A stretch of 64,000 nt of DNA. Origin: a virus. The notes beneath the pieces are model-generated. The model saw only the letters and a list, made by a program, of their open reading frames with translations, searched no databases and was not told the DNA's origin. The position numbers were made by a program, and so were the translations under genes. Where the stretch lies: IMG/VR virus record IMGVR_UViG_3300027758_000008, positions 1 through 64,000 of that record; one strand, written 5' to 3'. Positions within the stretch are counted from its first letter, which is position 1. Each line of letters opens with the position of its first letter. Shown here in pieces: positions 27,412 to 36,436 of the stretch.

Positions 27412-28119
27412 ATGATTGAAATAAAAAACAGATTTACAGGGGGAATTATCCACAGTGGTGATTTCCAAAGCGTTAAAGAATGTTTGCTTGATGCTATTAA
27501 AAATGACGCAAACCTACGGGGCGCAAACCTACGGGGCGCAGACCTACGGTACGCAAACCTAGAGGACGCAAACCTACGGGGCGCAGACCTACGGTACGCA
27601 AACCTAGAGGACGCAAACCTACTGGGCGCAAACCTACTGGACGCAGACCTAGGGGACGCAGACCTACGGTACGCAGACCTACTGGGCGCAAACCTACGGT
27701 ACGCAGACCTAGGGGACGCAGACCTAGGGGGCGCAAACCTAGGGGGCGCAAACCTAGGGGACGCAGACCTAGGGGGCGCAAACCTAGGGGGCGCAAACCT
27801 ACGGTACGCAAACCTACGGGGCGCAGACCTACGGTACGCAAACCTAGGGGACGCAGACCTACGTTGGTGTGCTGGCAATAAATGCGAAATCAAATCACTA
27901 TGGTTTAGTGATGTATACCCAATAACCTATACATCGGAATATATGCAAATTGGCTGTGAGCGTCACAAAATTGCCGATTGGTGGGAATTTGACGACAAGC
28001 GCATTTTAAAAATGGATGGTAAAACTGCATTGAAGTTTTGGCGGGAAAATAAAGATTTGATTAAGCAGATTGTTGACGCCAATCCAGCCAAGCCTACAGG
28101 CAAGGAGTCTGACAAATGA
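27412..28119 (+). CDS. Pentapeptide repeat protein
   Basis: 24 A[N/D]Lxx repeats. Confidence 0.9.
   Translation: MIEIKNRFTGGIIHSGDFQSVKECLLDAIKNDANLRGANLRGADLRYANLEDANLRGADLRYANLEDANLLGANLLDADLGDADLRYADLLGANLRYADLGDADLGGANLGGANLGDADLGGANLGGANLRYANLRGADLRYANLGDADLRWCAGNKCEIKSLWFSDVYPITYTSEYMQIGCERHKIADWWEFDDKRILKMDGKTALKFWRENKDLIKQIVDANPAKPTGKESDK
27508..27867 (+). repeat. 24 x 15-bp tandem repeat (GCA RAC CTA nnn nnn)
   Basis: Counted from the sequence; codons at positions 1-3 are near-invariant. Confidence 0.9.
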
Positions 28120-28723
28120 CAAAACAACAACTACTAGCGCTGTTGCGTGAGGCGCTATCTGACTGTATTTGCAAGGGTATAAGCATTAACGAGTATATCA
28201 AAGAGGTAGAGCGCACAAACCACGTAGGTGATTTGGAGTTGCCGGCGCTTTCATCTGACACCCAATGCGAACATGAATATGTCGTTAGATATGACCACGG
28301 CACATGCAAAAAGTGCGGGTGGATATTTACTGACGGCGGCTGGGGAACTGCTAAACGCATGTGGTTTAAAAGCCTTGATGATGCAAAGTTCTATAAGCAG
28401 CATGGTCGACTACCACAACCACCGGAGGGAGTATGAGTGAGTTAAAGCAAATGTTAAGTCTTCAATTAAGACTGGCGAGAAAGTCGGGGGCGAATGCTAT
28501 GGCTGATTTACTTGGCAACTCGAAAAGAGAAATCGAGCGGCTAGAATCACAGGTTAGGCAAATGTCAGAGTTATGCTTGACGGTTGAGGAAGTAAATTCA
28601 ATCAAAGCCGATGCTGTGCGTGAGGCTGCTAAAGAAATTAACTGGACTGCACTTACAAAGCCGCAGCAGGCAAAGGACGCGCTTGTTTATCTGGCGAACA
28701 AATTGGAGAAGGGCGAGTTATGA
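28116..28723 (+). other. Two hypothetical ORFs (28116-28436, 28433-28723)
   Basis: ATGA-coupled. Confidence 0.55.
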
Positions 28724-29016
28724 AAACCTGCGAATACCTGCGAAAGCGGATGCTGAATGAGTTGGTAACAATTCATGGCCCTAATTGCTGCGAGTACGCT
28801 GACATTGATGATGTAATCGAATTCATCCTCAGCCGCGACAAAGACCTTGCTGTATCTGTTTCTGAGTTCGTAAGCGCAACAGGAAGTAAAATCAAGGCCG
28901 CCGAGAAGTTAGGATGCAGCCGAAACACGATTTTGCGCTATGAAGATGACACAGATTGCAAATACCACCACGTTTACAATGGCCGATTGTTTACGGCTAA
29001 GGGTAGCGCGCAGTGA
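28720..29016 (+). CDS. NinH-like HTH protein
   Basis: AAEKLGCSRNTILRYEDD..CKYHHVYNGRL resembles remembered lambda NinH. Confidence 0.65.
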   Translation: MKTCEYLRKRMLNELVTIHGPNCCEYADIDDVIEFILSRDKDLAVSVSEFVSATGSKIKAAEKLGCSRNTILRYEDDTDCKYHHVYNGRLFTAKGSAQ

Positions 29017-29370
29017 GTCAGGGTGTCTTATTCGGATACAGTGAAACATATTACGAGATACACGCGTATCTAATTGATGTCTGCTCGTATTCTAACGAGG
29101 CTGCACATGATTACATTTTAGAGGCTTGCCCGCATGTGCTGGCGCATGATTTTGTGCCAGCGCCCGTTACAAGTTTGGAGTATGAAGAATGACCAAAAAC
29201 ACAGGCAAAGCATCGTCGCCAGGATACCGAAAAGTCGCGACAATATACTGCCCAATCTACGGCTACGAGATAGAGCGCACTATTTGCGAGCACGACGATG
29301 TTTGGCTTGTTGACGTTTGGGGCGTTCCGTATCGGTGGGAGTGGGTGAAATCAGTGAAGGTGTATTGGCG

Positions 29371-29640
29371 ATGAATATGGAGCCGTTTAATTTTTGCATA
29401 CAATGGATGGTGTACGATTATTTGCCAACCCTGAAAACCGGAGACTTCCTACCTGGTCAACTTTGCATGCCCGATAGGATAGGCGTTGAGCGAAAGACGT
29501 ATCGAGAAGTGTTACGCGTTCTGGATTTCCATGGAGTTATAAGTGTCAAGCATGGCAAACCCACAAAGTTCATAAGCCTTAACAAGCCTGGACTGCTGTA
29601 CGTCATGGAGCGTAAAGGCTTAACTGGTCAAACCACATAA
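29371..29640 (+). CDS. Truncated FadR-like (GntR family) winged-helix regulator, 89 aa
   Basis: IGVERKTYREVLRVLDFHGVISVKHGKPTKF aligns with remembered E. coli FadR [31 protein letters not shown]; no C-terminal acyl-CoA domain. Confidence 0.8.
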   Translation: MNMEPFNFCIQWMVYDYLPTLKTGDFLPGQLCMPDRIGVERKTYREVLRVLDFHGVISVKHGKPTKFISLNKPGLLYVMERKGLTGQTT

Positions 29641-29660
29641 TCGAAAAATGGTGGTATATT
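29622..29660 (+). promoter_or_regulatory. FadR-like box + extended -10 promoter at the 3' end of the fadR-like gene
   Basis: AACTGGTCAAACCACAT (29622-29638), 16 bp, TATATT (29655-29660) preceded by TGG. Confidence 0.75.
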
Positions 29661-29708
29661 AACCACACTAACAACACCGCAGCAGTATCGCGGATAACGG
29701 AGATACTC

Positions 29709-29885
29709 ATGCGTAGAAGAAATATAGAGGCACCTTTTGTACAAATTAGCAAGAATGCTAAGATTTTTGAGTGCGGCATTTTGGTCGCTATTGTTCTTAC
29801 TGTTTTTGCCTTTGCTGTTTGCTCTGTCGGGCCAATGATTATTGGTGATTCACTACCGGAAGCAACCAAGGCAATCACAGAATAG
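29709..29885 (+). CDS. Small single-pass membrane protein (58 aa)
   Basis: GGAG RBS; hydrophobic GILVAIVLTVFAFAVCSV. Confidence 0.5.
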   Translation: MRRRNIEAPFVQISKNAKIFECGILVAIVLTVFAFAVCSVGPMIIGDSLPEATKAITE

Positions 29886-29892
29886 TTTCAAC

Positions 29893-29965
29893 GCCACCGG
29901 CAGTCACGCATAATTTAACTGTTAGCGCAGTCGCGATGTGTGGCTACCTCAAACCGGTGGCTCCA
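29893..29965 (+). ncRNA. Candidate structured RNA with acceptor-like stem and 3' NCCA
   Basis: GCCACCGG/CCGGTGGC-TCCA; inner 10-bp stem with two G-U pairs; intergenic. Confidence 0.35.
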
Positions 29966-29979
29966 TTTTTGGAGGGAAT

Positions 29980-30603
29980 ATGATTCACAGCGTAGAAGAC
30001 AAAACACAAAAAGAACTTGTCGAGATTGTCAAGATTCAGATGGAGGAATACGAGAAGTTATTAAAGACTGAAAAGCAAACCGGAGCAATGCTGAACGAAG
30101 CGCTGGAGGCTCTCAAAGCAGCAGAGCGTGAGCGGGATGATTTGGAGAAACGACTATCAATTTACGAAAGTAAGGATAATCAATATGCGAATAAATTAAA
30201 AAGAATGCTGAAACTGCAAGCGCAGCTACACAAAAAGCAAGGGGCCGAGTCTCTTGGAGTGTTATTTGATAGCGCATTGTCAGAGATTGAAGCGTTAGAA
30301 AAGCGCGAAAAAGCAGTAGATATAGAACGGTATGTATTATCTTACTGCCTAAATTTCATTAAAGATTTCGCAACCCATGATTCTGAGAGCAAAGACGCTG
30401 CTTTTTTACGACTGAAAAACACTATTAATGACAGCCATGTCAGAGCTAATGAGCTCTTAAACAAATTCGCCATTGAGCAGCAGATTAAAGGAGCAAAAGC
30501 AGCAGGAAGCAAGTTAATTCAAAGTCATGAAGGACAAAAGAAGCAATGGTTTGATGAAGTCTTTATTGGTCAACTACGCCAACAACTAAACGGGGGTGAG
30601 TGA
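29980..30603 (+). CDS. Coiled-coil hypothetical protein
   Basis: GGAGGG RBS; heptad-like composition. Confidence 0.6.
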   Translation: MIHSVEDKTQKELVEIVKIQMEEYEKLLKTEKQTGAMLNEALEALKAAERERDDLEKRLSIYESKDNQYANKLKRMLKLQAQLHKKQGAESLGVLFDSALSEIEALEKREKAVDIERYVLSYCLNFIKDFATHDSESKDAAFLRLKNTINDSHVRANELLNKFAIEQQIKGAKAAGSKLIQSHEGQKKQWFDEVFIGQLRQQLNGGE

Positions 30604-30725
30604 TGATTCTAACACGCTGGCTAAACGGCTGGACAATCGAAAACATAGCAGCAAAGCACGGCATACGCGTTGAAACTGTTGTGGCTTATTTGCGGGTTCG
30701 TAGTGGGGAGTGGGTGAGCCGGTAA
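30603..30725 (+). CDS. 40-aa HTH mini-protein (not in ORF track)
   Basis: LNGWTIENIAAKHGIRVETVVAYL; GGGGGTGAG RBS. Confidence 0.45.
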   Translation: MILTRWLNGWTIENIAAKHGIRVETVVAYLRVRSGEWVSR

Positions 30726-30726
30726 T

Positions 30727-31167
30727 TTAACCGGCTTTACCACCAAACTTACCCATAGCCTTTTCAACGATAGCGCCCATGTACGGGGCTGAGAAGTAAA
30801 ACGCCAATATCAGCATCATGGCCCCGTTCATCTGTTCAGCATAACCACCAATGACAGTTGCGCTTGCTCGCCATTGCTCAGGCTGTGAAGCCCATACAGC
30901 AACCAAATTCATTACCATGCTAAATACATACATAAACAGCCACACAAACGTAATCATGACCGCAAGAAGCCGCCTTGCTAGGTTTTGTCCGCTAGTGTTA
31001 GCCATCCAGTCTATTATCATCTTTCTGGCTTCTGCGCGCTCTGTGGCTGCGTCTGCCGCCTTCTCTTCGTCAGTATAGAATAGCGCGTCGCCTGCATCTC
31101 GAATCATCGAGACGCCTTCTTTTACGACATCAGATGAACCAAACAATCTACCCCAGAAACTAGCCAT
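30727..31167 (-). CDS. Putative holin-like membrane protein
   Basis: Two hydrophobic helices; TDEEK..A and ILAFYF motifs; next to the lysin candidate. Confidence 0.6.
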   Translation of the reverse strand: MASFWGRLFGSSDVVKEGVSMIRDAGDALFYTDEEKAADAATERAEARKMIIDWMANTSGQNLARRLLAVMITFVWLFMYVFSMVMNLVAVWASQPEQWRASATVIGGYAEQMNGAMMLILAFYFSAPYMGAIVEKAMGKFGGKAG

Positions 31168-31559
31168 TAGCTTGCAATCTCCAAAACAAAACTATCTTCA
31201 CCATACCACTGTAAAAGTAATTCGCAAGCTTTCAGTGAATCCACCGCGACAGGTTCGCTGGTCATTGGTCCGCCTTTAATGTCTAGGCATGGGGCGACGC
31301 AGCCCAGCAGGTGCTTGAGTAGTGACGCGGGGTGAATCTCAATATTGGTACGAGGGTCAGTTTCTTCGTTGCGGAATTTGTACCAGTGATGCTTGCCGGT
31401 GTGGTCACGGTCAACGATGTACTGACCTTCTGGGATGCAGGATTTGCCGATTTGGTTATTACGCCAGGGTAGCTCCAATGTGTAGATTAGCTGGCCGTCT
31501 GGTAGATACCATTCGCCAGCCGTATAGTGTTTGTGGTAGTTACGTTTAATTGCTGCCAT
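31167..31559 (-). CDS. DUF5675-like protein, putative endolysin
   Basis: TLELPW...SCIPEG.Y...I.IHP......GC; position in the lysis cluster. Confidence 0.6.
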   Translation of the reverse strand: MAAIKRNYHKHYTAGEWYLPDGQLIYTLELPWRNNQIGKSCIPEGQYIVDRDHTGKHHWYKFRNEETDPRTNIEIHPASLLKHLLGCVAPCLDIKGGPMTSEPVAVDSLKACELLLQWYGEDSFVLEIAS

Positions 31560-31887
31560 AGTTCAACAAGGCGACTATAACAGCCGCCACCCCAGTACCA
31601 CCAAGCAATGCAGCGGTTACAACCTTCCATATCAGCCCGCGCACACCGTCAACAACAGGCTTCATTGCTGCGATAGTTTCACTATGCACATCTAGCTTGT
31701 TTTTAACAGATGATAACTCAGCGCTAACCGTGTCGTGTTTCGACGCGTATACAGCAAATTGCGTTGCCTGATTATTCATAGCATCAGTGAGCCTATCTAA
31801 AGAAGTGAGCACTTTCGTAGTGCCTTCCTCTAGTGAAGATATGCGGTATTGGTGGTCGTTAACGGTCTTTTGTAATTCTTCGCTCAT
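31546..31887 (-). CDS. Coiled-coil protein with C-terminal TM helix (holin-like)
   Basis: Heptads followed by a hydrophobic C-terminus. Confidence 0.5.
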   Translation of the reverse strand: MSEELQKTVNDHQYRISSLEEGTTKVLTSLDRLTDAMNNQATQFAVYASKHDTVSAELSSVKNKLDVHSETIAAMKPVVDGVRGLIWKVVTAALLGGTGVAAVIVALLNYGSN

Positions 31888-31910
31888 GGGATTTCAACTG
31901 TTTAAGCAAT

Positions 31911-32285
31911 TTAATTAATAAAAGGCCGGAAACTGCTACCAGTGCGCAACCGATGCACAATATTACTGACAGCACTTAGACCTCCGTTGACTATTATAGT
32001 TAATTCAAAGGATAACAGAATTAAACTAAAGTTTAACGGCCAGTCATATAACACGGGGAAAACATCATAACCGGCTAGTAAAAATAGATAAAATGCGCCC
32101 AAAATAAACTGCATTGACGCATATATGGTCGTGATTTTACTAGGTATTTCGGAGCAAATAAAGATAGTCAGCGTTGTTGTTAGTAACAACGCTGTATAGT
32201 AAGCGGAAAATGAAGCATCATAAAAAATAAATTGTACTGCATAAACCAAAATATAAGATGCAAGTATTACCTTGCAATCGTTCAT
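31911..32285 (-). CDS. Multi-pass membrane protein
   Basis: About four hydrophobic segments. Confidence 0.55.
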   Translation of the reverse strand: MNDCKVILASYILVYAVQFIFYDASFSAYYTALLLTTTLTIFICSEIPSKITTIYASMQFILGAFYLFLLAGYDVFPVLYDWPLNFSLILLSFELTIIVNGGLSAVSNIVHRLRTGSSFRPFIN

Positions 32286-32387
32286 TTCTTAGGTGGCTTC
32301 CGGTTTGTCTTGCTTGTGTCGCGAGGTTTCTTCCTGCCTACTGGCATCGCGCTGCGACCTTCTGTTTTGGTGCTCATAACTCAATCC

Positions 32388-34220
32388 TCAACTTTGGCTA
32401 AAATACCAACCGCTCAACGCGATTCGAATATTGCTAGTAGATGCTGGTATGTTCGACGTACCAACCTCTAATCCGTTTGTGCTAGGGTCATTTTGTCTAA
32501 ACTCTATATAGCTGGAGCCAGGAATAACCGAAGCGCTCAAAAACATAGTATCATCAAACGTTACATTTTGTACAACACCAAGACTACAGGCGAAATCATA
32601 AAATGATATTCCTGCTGCACCGGCTGTTTTCGACGTAAACGGAAGTGATGCTATTCTGAAATTGCCTGACGCTGTGGTAAACGCATTGGTGTCAAATCTT
32701 ACTGTCATAGCAAAATACACCATGTCGCCTATTTTTCTATACGTACCTTCCTGAATGAGATAGGTGGGCGAGAAGTCGCCAGGTGTCGCAAATGTTACAG
32801 TTGGTGTAAACGTCCCGCTGGTTGGCGTGAAATTTCCGGCACGGATAGTTTGCTCAACGCCCTTTGATGAAACAGACAGCCCCATGTTTTTCGCAATTGT
32901 CTGAGCCATGTTTTTATGACCGGCAGGTGTGGGGTGTGCGCCATCAGATAAAAACCCGTACGTATCGCGAAGCTCAGATATGCTTAACAATGAGCCGTCA
33001 CTGCTTAATAGGTCCGGCAATGGGATATAAACAGCGCCAGCGACCTCGCTTGCCATCTGCCTTAATTCCTGTCTAATCCATGTTGACGAGTCGTAACCCC
33101 AGTTTGTATCAATAACATAAAGCTTTGTTTTGTTGCTCTTGACCTGTGTGACAAGGTAGTCAAGCTTGCTTGCTACTGTCACTTTCTCACCGGCGCTAGA
33201 ATCCCTGTCGTTGTACCCTAATGCAAAAATAAGCGTCTCAGATGTACAGGCATCGTCAAAAACACTGTTATCCGTATGAAGAATTTTGCGGCCAGGGTCA
33301 GAAAAATTGTTAACGACGAAATCATCAAACGCATTCAGATATTGGATACCTGTGATTTCAACGGTTCCCGACACCACCTCAATTCGAATGTCAGAAGTAC
33401 CGTCACCACTGTCCACCATTGCGACCAGTGGAGATATGGCCGAACCATCCTCTGTGGCATTACTGTCTACTGTTTGTTGTACAGTGCCGCCACCATTGTT
33501 CGAGATAGTAAACGTACCGCCGCCGCTAAATGCGCGATAAAAAACCCTGAATTGAGTTGTTTCAAATGGAACATTGAAATCAAGATAATCTCCAGGTGTA
33601 GAGCTATACCGAGAAAACCCATTGATAACAGTCGTAGCGTCACCAAGGTTTTTAAAATTCCATGAACCGCTAGTTGTCACTGAGTGGTAGTCGTTGTATG
33701 TACCCTCGGCATTGGTGGCAACACCCCTGGAACTGATAAATCCTATGCTTTCTGAGCCGTTTTCCAGCAAAAGCAACTTGCGCAGCACTGCCGCATAACT
33801 GTCCGAATATACGTCTGGACAGTTCGAACCCCAACTTATGGAGTCACCCAAAATACTAACAGATCGTCCAGACCATTTATCAGTAATAGTGGATTTAACG
33901 CCGCTCAACATGTCGCCCTGCGGCTCACGCGTGTCCACGTACTTGAATTTTTCAGTAATTGATATATAGCTATCAATGCTATTCACACTAAGCCGGTACT
34001 CTCCAGGCTCAACGTAAACGACCACCTGACCATTCGAGTTGGTCGTTTTTGATGTAGCGCCGTTGGTGTAGAATTCATCGTCATACATTATGGCAACTAC
34101 ACCCGATTCTCTGTGGTACATCGAGCAAACCGCACCGGTTACAACCTGTTTTCCGCTAGACTGAGCCGATGCTGTGTCTCGCTCTAGCGCTGTTATCGTA
34201 TGGGGTACAAGTGCCATCAT
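32388..34220 (-). CDS. Tail spike/fibre with SGNH esterase domain
   Basis: Last tail gene; GDSIS, GYND, DGAHP; beta-rich C-terminal domain. Confidence 0.72.
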   Translation of the reverse strand: MMALVPHTITALERDTASAQSSGKQVVTGAVCSMYHRESGVVAIMYDDEFYTNGATSKTTNSNGQVVVYVEPGEYRLSVNSIDSYISITEKFKYVDTREPQGDMLSGVKSTITDKWSGRSVSILGDSISWGSNCPDVYSDSYAAVLRKLLLLENGSESIGFISSRGVATNAEGTYNDYHSVTTSGSWNFKNLGDATTVINGFSRYSSTPGDYLDFNVPFETTQFRVFYRAFSGGGTFTISNNGGGTVQQTVDSNATEDGSAISPLVAMVDSGDGTSDIRIEVVSGTVEITGIQYLNAFDDFVVNNFSDPGRKILHTDNSVFDDACTSETLIFALGYNDRDSSAGEKVTVASKLDYLVTQVKSNKTKLYVIDTNWGYDSSTWIRQELRQMASEVAGAVYIPLPDLLSSDGSLLSISELRDTYGFLSDGAHPTPAGHKNMAQTIAKNMGLSVSSKGVEQTIRAGNFTPTSGTFTPTVTFATPGDFSPTYLIQEGTYRKIGDMVYFAMTVRFDTNAFTTASGNFRIASLPFTSKTAGAAGISFYDFACSLGVVQNVTFDDTMFLSASVIPGSSYIEFRQNDPSTNGLEVGTSNIPASTSNIRIALSGWYFSQS

Positions 34221-34225
34221 TTCAC

Positions 34226-36436
34226 CTATGGGTTGTCAGCACCAAGTACAGTGCCTGTGTTGATCCAAGTAATAGTATATCCGTTTCTCTCGATGGCCGC
34301 ACCTGCCGCACCACCTGAGCCGCCACCAGTCTGACCAAGGTCGCCGCCTGCAAACCCTGTAGCGGTAAATATGCCGCCAGCGCCATCATCGGCAGTCGCT
34401 ATACCTCCAGCGCCGCCAGTCGTGTTGTCGCCATTCTGTGCAGGGGTAATGTCGATGGCATTAACAGGCGGCGATACAAAGCTGCCTGTAGCGCCTAGGC
34501 CGTTAGTATATCCCGCACCGCCGCCACCAGCGCCAAATGCCGATACACCGCCACTCGATGCGCTTTGACCATTAGCGCCCCCGCCGCCCCCGCCAATAGT
34601 GCCTGAGTTGTCAATCTGCACATTGGTTTCAAGGTATAAGGCTATACCGCCAGCTTCCGGCGTGCCGCCAAGGTTCGCGCCATTACCGCCTTTACCAACA
34701 ATAAGCCCCCTGACATCAAGTATTGGGTCATTATTGAAGTAGCTAAAATCACCCGTTGACACGGCGGGCTGTGTGTTATCACTGCTACCAGCGACGCAGA
34801 AGCCATCAAAAATAATCCTAACCTGTGTGTCTGCATCATAGCTTGACGGCGGGTATTGGTCGTCAAATACATCGCGAAGCGTCCGCGCAGTACCACCCGC
34901 ATCTTTCAACTGGTCAATCTCACTGGATAGTTGAACTACAAGCACGCCCTCGTCAACGCCTTCGTCCTGTGATAGCTCTTGGCCGTATGAGTGCTCAAGA
35001 CAAGTGTAACTGAAATTATCCGACTCCTGCGCCGACATAACCTCAACAGGTAAGTCAATACGGGCGTTTGTGTTATCCACAATCGTCCTAGTGTTAACGT
35101 AAGCATTACCAGCGGTCCATACGTCGGTGTCTTTCGAATCCAACTGGAACGATATTTCGATGGGTGCTTTCGAGTATCTGCGGCCCCATCGCGCGGCCAG
35201 CAGGATAGCAGCCGCTTTGTTATCATTGTTAATCCAGCGACAGTTAATCGTTTTGATTTTCTGTGAGCCATAATTCGATACGCTATCAGGGTCGATGCGT
35301 ACATATCCCTGTTGATAGTTGGTTATCTCGTCAAGGTCTTTGGCGTAGTCATATATGCCAAAATTCACAATGACAGTACTAACCCGCATATCAAGCTTAT
35401 CCTGCCACGACACGGTATCAGCAAGCAGCTCACCCTCGTCTGTCCATGTAGGCACGGATGATGAGAAATCTTTAATCGCGACAAATGATATTTCTGCCAG
35501 CCGCTCATCCCAATACAGGCGATGCGGCGCTTCCATGCCTAATTCTTTCAGTAGGGTTTTAATACCTACCGGCTCAGTTAGCAGCGTGTAGTAGTTGCCA
35601 GGAAGGTACGCGCTACGCTCTGCCGCCCACTTCGACGTTGGAATGTAGGAAGAATCAAGACCCGCACCGGTAACAAGTAGCAGGTATAAGATATTGTCAA
35701 CAGTATCTTGAATCTCGACGCATTCCTGCACGGTGTCATCTGCGCTATGCGCGTCGGCCACGGTGTTATATTGCGCTCTAACTACCGTCAGTGTGTCACT
35801 GCCACTGGTGCGCGTGTAGGTCATTATCTCGTCATTAATGCGGATGATGCCACTAGTGCCGTGATTAGCATCGCCTGCGCCCGTAGGTGACAAGGTAATG
35901 CTGGTTGCAGCATCAGTAATATCAGCGCTTAGATAGCCGGTTGATTTTGGTGGATACTGCGCACGGTCATTGTCAGCGAATTTAAGCGGGTCGCGGCCTG
36001 TGATAGACACGCCTGAAGCGGTTTTCTTGAACGAGTCCAGCAGGTAATGGCGAGCCTGAAATGCGTTAGTGTCAAAAGTGAATTTATCGTCTAGGTATCC
36101 AGAGTATACCCGCATAGGAAAACCCTGATAATACGGATATGTAGCCCTCCATAGAGGCCAAAAATCTACAGGGTTTCCAGGTGTTGAAAGCTCGGTCTCG
36201 TCATTGTGGTCGCGAATGTTTACCGTTACTCGGCCACGGATGCCGATGCCGCCTTCTGGGTCAATCGATGTTGCACCGAACGACGGAGTACCCGCAACAA
36301 ATGGCGCAGCATCAAGACCAGGAGGAACAGGCGAGCGGTCAAGGCAAAAGCGAAATGTCGTGCCGTCACAGTCAATCTCCACATAGTAAAATGGGCGCTT
36401 TACTGCTTCTTTTTTCGCGTTGTTATACAGAGCCAT
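34226..36436 (-). CDS. Tail tip/hub protein with Gly-rich C-terminus
   Basis: 736 aa downstream of the Dit-like gene; GGGGG repeats. Confidence 0.65.
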   Translation of the reverse strand: MALYNNAKKEAVKRPFYYVEIDCDGTTFRFCLDRSPVPPGLDAAPFVAGTPSFGATSIDPEGGIGIRGRVTVNIRDHNDETELSTPGNPVDFWPLWRATYPYYQGFPMRVYSGYLDDKFTFDTNAFQARHYLLDSFKKTASGVSITGRDPLKFADNDRAQYPPKSTGYLSADITDAATSITLSPTGAGDANHGTSGIIRINDEIMTYTRTSGSDTLTVVRAQYNTVADAHSADDTVQECVEIQDTVDNILYLLLVTGAGLDSSYIPTSKWAAERSAYLPGNYYTLLTEPVGIKTLLKELGMEAPHRLYWDERLAEISFVAIKDFSSSVPTWTDEGELLADTVSWQDKLDMRVSTVIVNFGIYDYAKDLDEITNYQQGYVRIDPDSVSNYGSQKIKTINCRWINNDNKAAAILLAARWGRRYSKAPIEISFQLDSKDTDVWTAGNAYVNTRTIVDNTNARIDLPVEVMSAQESDNFSYTCLEHSYGQELSQDEGVDEGVLVVQLSSEIDQLKDAGGTARTLRDVFDDQYPPSSYDADTQVRIIFDGFCVAGSSDNTQPAVSTGDFSYFNNDPILDVRGLIVGKGGNGANLGGTPEAGGIALYLETNVQIDNSGTIGGGGGGANGQSASSGGVSAFGAGGGGAGYTNGLGATGSFVSPPVNAIDITPAQNGDNTTGGAGGIATADDGAGGIFTATGFAGGDLGQTGGGSGGAAGAAIERNGYTITWINTGTVLGADNP

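Noticed and set aside
27508-27867. Repeat array as CRISPR
   Set aside because: Contiguous 15-bp coding units with no spacers and no cas genes.
27357-27893. Antisense repeat ORFs (178 aa, 114 aa)
   Set aside because: Shadows of the stop-free pentapeptide repeat.
29893-29965. Canonical tRNA
   Set aside because: Length and CCA fit, but there is no TTC T-loop and no pairing anticodon stem.
32388-34220. Diversity-generating retroelement or invertible tail-fibre system
   Set aside because: No reverse transcriptase, invertase or template/variable repeat pair was seen.
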